From Candidatus Methanoperedens sp. (lineage in GTDB: Archaea > Halobacteriota > Methanosarcinia > Methanosarcinales > Methanoperedenaceae), in the NCBI GenBank assembly GCA_041494705.1, contig JBGQBI010000005.1, positions 90,001 to 122,000 of the forward strand: a DNA stretch of 32,000 nucleotides. Direction: 5' to 3'. The stretch's first letter is position 1. Each line of letters starts with the position of its first letter. The notes beneath the pieces are model-generated. The model made no database searches. It was not told the origin of the DNA and saw nothing but the letters and a program-made list of their open reading frames with translations. This document shows, one piece after another, positions 27,497-32,000 of this stretch. The translations under genes were made by a program, and so were the position numbers.

Positions 27497-27729
27497 TTCA
27501 GGTCAAATTCTTTCATGATCTCTTCTTCGGAATGCAGGCGTCCGTGCTTTATGTCTTCAAGAGCTTCTTCTATACCTTTTATCGCCTCATCGCTGAGCGG
27601 TTCTTCATCTATTGCCAGATTAGTCAATCTTTCTATAACGGAACTATACGATTCACGGGAATGATATTTTAGAGAGGTAAGTTTATCCTTTACCTTTGGG
27701 TCTAAACATATCGTTGTGGTAGCTGTCAT
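27493..27729 (-). CDS. Cognate antitoxin (RHH/RelB-like)
   Basis: 78 aa with a 4-nt overlap with relE. The N-terminal beta-strand and helix pattern (TTICLDPKVKDKLTSLK...SYSSVIERL) fits a ribbon-helix-helix. Confidence 0.7.
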   Translation of the reverse strand: MTATTTICLDPKVKDKLTSLKYHSRESYSSVIERLTNLAIDEEPLSDEAIKGIEEALEDIKHGRLHSEEEIMKEFDLK

Positions 27730-27738
27730 ATATGTTAC

Positions 27739-27752
27739 TATAGGTACCTATA
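27739..27752. promoter_or_regulatory. Perfect 14-bp palindrome TATAGGTACCTATA, 10-23 bp upstream of the antitoxin ATG; a putative autoregulatory operator or promoter
   Basis: The self-complementary sequence is read directly. Its position fits TA-module autoregulation. Confidence 0.4.
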
Positions 27753-27846
27753 TGTAATATACTCTTCGGTAATTGATCTTCATAACCCCTTCGACAATAT
27801 CCACGATTTCAAGCGCCAGCCCAACTTCTCCCACTGCCACCTCCCG

Positions 27847-27877
27847 CCGCGCCCCCCGACCGGAAGCGGTACGTCTT
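27847..27877 (+). repeat. Direct repeat DR2 flanking the relBE-like module
   Basis: See DR1. The shared core is CGCGCC(CC)CCGACCGGAAGCG. Confidence 0.6.
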
Positions 27878-27944
27878 CAGGTTCGCACGAAAAAAGCCCA
27901 TCCCATCGATGCGAACTTGAGGAGTTCGGGTCTAATGGAATATT

Positions 27945-27984
27945 GTTGCATCGGGAACATATCGGCGCCAGAATTTTAATATTT
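27945..27984. repeat. Right 40-bp inverted repeat (IR-R)
   Basis: GTTGCATCGGGAACATATCGGCGCCAGAATTTTAATATTT is the partner of IR-L. Confidence 0.8.
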
Positions 27985-28107
27985 ATAGGGTTATAAATAT
28001 TTGGCGCAGTAGAAAAATGCTATGAAAACTCTAAATCTGCGTATATTTGCGTTTGTTTTTAAAAAATTTGCTACTTTATTTTTCATCAAGCCCTTACGCT
28101 CGATAAC

Positions 28108-29985
28108 CTACCCGAACTTCACCACAGGACATGACCATGTGCATTTCCCGCATCGGGTGCATTTCTCGCTGATTCTTGCAGTGCCGTTGACACTGATTGC
28201 CCTCGCCGCGCACTGACCAACGCACACCCCGCATCCCGTACACGACAGCGCGCGCCGGATGGTTTTTTCAGCAAGCCCGATTAACTGTCTCGCCTCGTCC
28301 TCGCTGCCGCCTCTTGCCACTACCGCGCCGCTGGCATAAACATGGACATTATTTTCCCCCCGCTGGGCAAGAATCACGCCATCTATCGAATTTGTATTTC
28401 CGATTATCCCCAAAAAGCCAGTCTCTTCAATCAGGGAAAGATTCAACGGCATTCCGAAACTGCCTTCTGCCGTGATGCCTCCGGCTTTGCAGGGCCGGTA
28501 TCCCACGGTCATAGTAAAATGGACTGGTTTTTTCTCGCATATGGGAACCAGGTTTATACCTTTTTTCTCGGCAATCATCCTTATCGACTTTGGCAGAACC
28601 TGCCAGCGCCAGAAACCGTATGTTACCCATTCCTGCGGCAAGCCGTTCCGCGCGGCGTATTCCTTGAGATATACTTCAAGCTTTTCGCTCAATTCAGGAT
28701 GAATTTCTGCTAGCCTCGAAAAATCAGCCATGCTCGCCGAGGGGCAAAGCCAGCACCCTATCCTGTCAAATCCCTGCTCGTAAAGGGGATTGTATTTTGC
28801 CTTTTTCCAGAAAAGGTACAGCCATACATGAAGCGCTGTCCAGTTCTGGATGGGCGTAGCAGCTATCTGGTTTCCTACCGAAGGGTTCTTCCAGATATGC
28901 TCGCTGTTAGCGCGAATCTCACTCTCGTATTTCCGCTGTCCTACAAAAGTCAGGCACTCGTTCTCGTAATTGTTCTCGATGACCTGAGTTATCGCCCCGA
29001 GCTTGCAGACCTTGCAGCACCATCTGGCTTCCACCGTGGGCGGCCCGAAATTATCGATGGACTGCCAGAACGAATCACCTGAGGAATGTATCTTCAAAGG
29101 TAAATTAAGTTCCTCTGCGGTCTGTTTTACGTTATCTACGGTCTCTTTGAACTCAAGTCCCGTATCTGCAAAAATAATATCGAACTCCGGCACGGTATCA
29201 CGCACAAGAAGCAGCGTGGTAAGGCTGTCTTTTCCGCCAGAGTATGAAACAGTGACAGGTCTTCCTGTGGTTTCAGCTACGTTCTTTATGAAGCTGTGCG
29301 CCTTTTCTTCCATCTTTTTCAATATGTGCATGTTCGCCTGCACAGCATCATCCCATGTCCTTTTTTGCTCCGGGCGCGAGCGTTCCGCAGGCTGCGGTTT
29401 CCCGTTCCAGCGCGTTTTCACAGCCATCCCCTTCTCATGCGTGAGCATCCTCTCCGCGTTCATCCGCGCCCTGCCTGTTGCGATTACCTCTTTATCCGGC
29501 GTCAGTATAATAACCTCGTCATCCTCAACAATACCGGCGCTGGCATCGTTCACCCCGGGTGCAAGCACCGACGCGCCTTTTATGATAAAATCCACAGCGC
29601 CTTTATCCACGATTATCCATTTCCTGCCTTCGGCAAGCAGCCTTGCCCCTTCAAGCCTCGGGATAAACACCCATTTCATTTTATCAAGCTCAAAGCGAAG
29701 CGAACCCATCACTGCGCCGTCAAATACCACTTCGTCCATCCTGTCCTCATATGGCGCCTTGTTCAGCACCACGAGCCTGCCCTCGGGAATGAGCCTAACG
29801 CCGAACTGCTTTTCTGTCGTTTTGTTGATAAGGTCTATGTCGTACTGGAAAGCTGGCCTGATGTCGCCCGGCGGGGTTATGTCGATTTTTTTGGTGGCGG
29901 CTGTGCAGGCGCAGGTTTTCCCGAGTACGGGGAGGTTGCAGGATGGACACCAGTATAACAGGAGTTCGCCGAGGTAATAGGGCAT
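28108..29985 (-). CDS. PUA-domain / PAPS-reductase-like PP-loop ATP pyrophosphatase / 2x[4Fe-4S] ferredoxin fusion protein
   Basis: 625 aa with an N-terminal Cys ribbon (CPSCNLPV...CAC), a PUA-like region (KGASVLAPGV...VIATGRARM), a PP-loop (VSYSGGKDS) and C-terminal CTGCGVCVGQC...CTRCGKCTWSCP. Confidence 0.8.
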   Translation of the reverse strand: MPYYLGELLLYWCPSCNLPVLGKTCACTAATKKIDITPPGDIRPAFQYDIDLINKTTEKQFGVRLIPEGRLVVLNKAPYEDRMDEVVFDGAVMGSLRFELDKMKWVFIPRLEGARLLAEGRKWIIVDKGAVDFIIKGASVLAPGVNDASAGIVEDDEVIILTPDKEVIATGRARMNAERMLTHEKGMAVKTRWNGKPQPAERSRPEQKRTWDDAVQANMHILKKMEEKAHSFIKNVAETTGRPVTVSYSGGKDSLTTLLLVRDTVPEFDIIFADTGLEFKETVDNVKQTAEELNLPLKIHSSGDSFWQSIDNFGPPTVEARWCCKVCKLGAITQVIENNYENECLTFVGQRKYESEIRANSEHIWKNPSVGNQIAATPIQNWTALHVWLYLFWKKAKYNPLYEQGFDRIGCWLCPSASMADFSRLAEIHPELSEKLEVYLKEYAARNGLPQEWVTYGFWRWQVLPKSIRMIAEKKGINLVPICEKKPVHFTMTVGYRPCKAGGITAEGSFGMPLNLSLIEETGFLGIIGNTNSIDGVILAQRGENNVHVYASGAVVARGGSEDEARQLIGLAEKTIRRALSCTGCGVCVGQCAARAISVNGTARISEKCTRCGKCTWSCPVVKFG

Positions 29986-30103
29986 GGTTCTTCTGTTGGT
30001 GGAGGGGGTATTTATATGGTGGTGCTGGTGAGTGTGATATTATTTTCGCAGGCTCACCGCAAAGGGCGCGAAGGGCGCAAAGAATCGAAGGAGAGAGAAT
30101 GTG

Positions 30104-32000
30104 TTATTCCCCCTCCGCCTTCTTCTTCAACTCCGCCAGCGCATTCAGCGCCTCCAAGGGCGTCATGGCATCCACATTGAGCTTTTTAAGTTCCTCGACT
30201 ACAGGCGATTCCTTTTTCTCTTCAGAATCAAAAAGCATAAGCTGCGTGTATTTCGCGCTGTCCTTCCCCCTGCCGCCGATAACGCTCCCGTTCTCCACTT
30301 CCTTCAATATCTCCTTAGCCCTCTGCGTCACCTTCAGAGGCACACCAGCAAGCCTTGCCACATGGATGCCGTAGCTCTTATCTGTCGCGCCCGGGATTAT
30401 CTTGCGGAGGAACACAAGGTCGTTGCCTTCTTCTTTGACAGCGACGTGATAATTCTTAACGCGCCGCAGGCTTCCGGTTATGGCTGTAAGCTGGTGGTAA
30501 TGCGTTGCAAAAAGCGACCGCACACCAACGCGGTCTTTGTTATGGATGAATTCAACAACGGCTTTTGCGATGCTGTAACCGTCGTAGGTGCTTGTGCCCC
30601 TGCCGATTTCATCAAGGAGAACGAGGCTTTTCGGGGTTGCATTGTTCAGGATGTTGGCAAGTTCTACCATCTCTATCATGAACGTGCTCTGCCCGCTTGC
30701 AAGGTCGTCAAAAGCCCCGACGCGCGTGAATATCCTGTCCACAAGCCCGACGGATGCGTATGATGCGGGCACAAAACACCCCATCTGCGCCATTATCACT
30801 ATCAGCGCGGTCTGCCTCATGTATGTCGATTTTCCTGCCATGTTAGGACCGGTCAGGAGCAGGAACTGGTTCTCCTGGCAGTCCATGTGGGTATCGTTGG
30901 GGACAAACCCTCCAGGAATCGCAAATTCAACAACAGGGTGCCTCCCGTCGCGGATAAGGATATTGCAGCTATCGTTCACCTCGGGGCGCACATACTTGTT
31001 ATTAACAGCCATCTCGGCGAGGTTTACTATCACATCCAGTTCGGCTATTGCCTGTGCTGTAGCCTGCAATTCCTTTGACCGCCCCGCGATTTGCGAGTTT
31101 ATCTCTGTGAACAGCTCAAACTCAAGCGCAACCCGTTTTTCATCTGCAGTAAGTATCATCACCTCCTTTTCCTTAAGTTCAGGCGTATAGAAGCGTTCCC
31201 CGTTCGCGGTTGTCTGCTTTCTTATATAATCAGAAGGAACCTGCGAAAGATTGGTTTTCGTTACCTCAATGTAATACCCAAACACCGAATTGTATCCGAT
31301 TTTCAGGGATTTTATGCCAGTCCGGTCACGCTCCTTTTGCTGCATCTCCGCAATCCAGTCCTTGCCGTGCAGCGACATTTTCTTAAGCTCGTCCAGCTTT
31401 TCATTGTACCCTTCTTTAATCATCCCGCCTTCGCGAACACTTACAGGAGGTTCGTCCACAAGCGCCCGGGAAAGCAGCGCTACAATATCGGTATAATCAC
31501 CAAGTTTCGTTATTATATCTGCCAGAAGTCCTGATTTGATTTCGCTTTCTTTAAGGGATTTTATCATTTCAGGAAGCTTTTCAAGAGATACCTTGAGCGC
31601 TATGAGGTCCCTGGCATTTGAGTTGCCGTACACGATACGCCCGATTAAGCGCTCGATATCCCTGATACCCAAAAGCGCCGAGCGCAAATCGTATCTCAGC
31701 AATGTCTTTTTAATAATTTCATCCACAGCATCAAGCCGCTCGTTTATTTTATTAACAGAAATCAAAGGCTGCAAAAGCCATTTCCGGAGCATCCGCCCGC
31801 CCATGGGGGTTTTTGTGCGGTCAATAACAGATAAAAGTGAACCTGTTCCCTCGCCGCGAATGCTCTGGATTATCTCAAGATTCCGAAGAGTTATTGAATC
31901 CAGCACCATGAACTCGTTCTCGGAATATGTCCTCATCGCCTGTATGTGATTCAAGTCCCTCATCTGGGTTTTTTGTGCATATTCAAGAGCGGCACCGGAT
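30104..32000 (-). CDS. mutS: DNA mismatch repair protein MutS (bacterial type), partial; the N-terminus lies off the right edge
   Basis: Walker A motif LLTGPNMAGKSTYMRQ, then STFMIEM and DEIGRGTSTYDG. The frame stays open upstream of the track's Met at 31963 (...SGAALEYAQKTQMRDL...) to the window end. Confidence 0.93.
   Translation of the reverse strand, partial: SGAALEYAQKTQMRDLNHIQAMRTYSENEFMVLDSITLRNLEIIQSIRGEGTGSLLSVIDRTKTPMGGRMLRKWLLQPLISVNKINERLDAVDEIIKKTLLRYDLRSALLGIRDIERLIGRIVYGNSNARDLIALKVSLEKLPEMIKSLKESEIKSGLLADIITKLGDYTDIVALLSRALVDEPPVSVREGGMIKEGYNEKLDELKKMSLHGKDWIAEMQQKERDRTGIKSLKIGYNSVFGYYIEVTKTNLSQVPSDYIRKQTTANGERFYTPELKEKEVMILTADEKRVALEFELFTEINSQIAGRSKELQATAQAIAELDVIVNLAEMAVNNKYVRPEVNDSCNILIRDGRHPVVEFAIPGGFVPNDTHMDCQENQFLLLTGPNMAGKSTYMRQTALIVIMAQMGCFVPASYASVGLVDRIFTRVGAFDDLASGQSTFMIEMVELANILNNATPKSLVLLDEIGRGTSTYDGYSIAKAVVEFIHNKDRVGVRSLFATHYHQLTAITGSLRRVKNYHVAVKEEGNDLVFLRKIIPGATDKSYGIHVARLAGVPLKVTQRAKEILKEVENGSVIGGRGKDSAKYTQLMLFDSEEKKESPVVEELKKLNVDAMTPLEALNALAELKKKAEGE

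Noticed and set aside
28022-28216. 64-aa ORF downstream of IR-R.
   Set aside because: It overlaps the 3' end of the PUA/PP-loop gene on the opposite strand and looks like AT-rich terminator sequence followed by a shadow frame.
29003-29977. Long antisense ORFs: 324 aa here, and also 3334-3870, 8997-9683, 24137-24658, 30588-31190 and 30101-30763.
   Set aside because: These are shadow ORFs opposite strongly supported genes. They have low-complexity S/A/R-rich translations and no recognisable motifs.
1-32000. CRISPR arrays, rRNA genes, transposase or integrase genes.
   Set aside because: I saw no regularly spaced short repeats, no rRNA-like sequence and no recombinase-like ORF anywhere in the window.

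Overview
This looks like an archaeal chromosomal window, probably Methanosarcinales-like. The clues are an intron-containing tRNA with a bulge-helix-bulge splice motif, oligo-T terminators, S-layer duplication-type surface proteins, a hemL-hemC-cobA-hemD cluster, pelota, an NFACT/Rqc2 homolog and a RimK/MptN-like ligase. Most of it is ordinary housekeeping: tetrapyrrole synthesis, aroA, hom plus an ACT protein, acs, Trm5, two tRNAs, pelota, recQ, mutS and a PUA/PP-loop/ferredoxin enzyme. Both window edges cut genes that the ORF track omits or truncates: a YgiQ-type radical SAM gene at 1-1360 (-) and mutS, which runs past 32000. Three accessory patches interrupt the core. (1) 12.6-14.0 kb is a long AT-rich spacer, a hypothetical wHTH protein, and a GC-richer, non-coding-looking segment closed by a long-range 8-bp helix. 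(2) 19.18-21.56 kb is a co-oriented array of three toxin-antitoxin-type cassettes: a solo MNT nucleotidyltransferase, a VapB-like antitoxin with a PIN toxin, and an AbrB antitoxin with a PIN toxin. Each cassette is bounded by ~131-bp direct repeats that are in-frame copies of the 3' end of a type I R-M specificity gene (hsdS), plus a fourth 25-bp remnant. The window has no intact hsdS, hsdM or hsdR and no recombinase. This is the most unusual structure here. (3) 25.65-28.1 kb holds a secreted amidohydrolase and a relBE-like module, bracketed by 40-bp inverted repeats (36/40 identical by hand alignment), with ~30-bp direct repeats nested around the TA module. All calls come from reading and hand-translating the sequence; no database searches were run.
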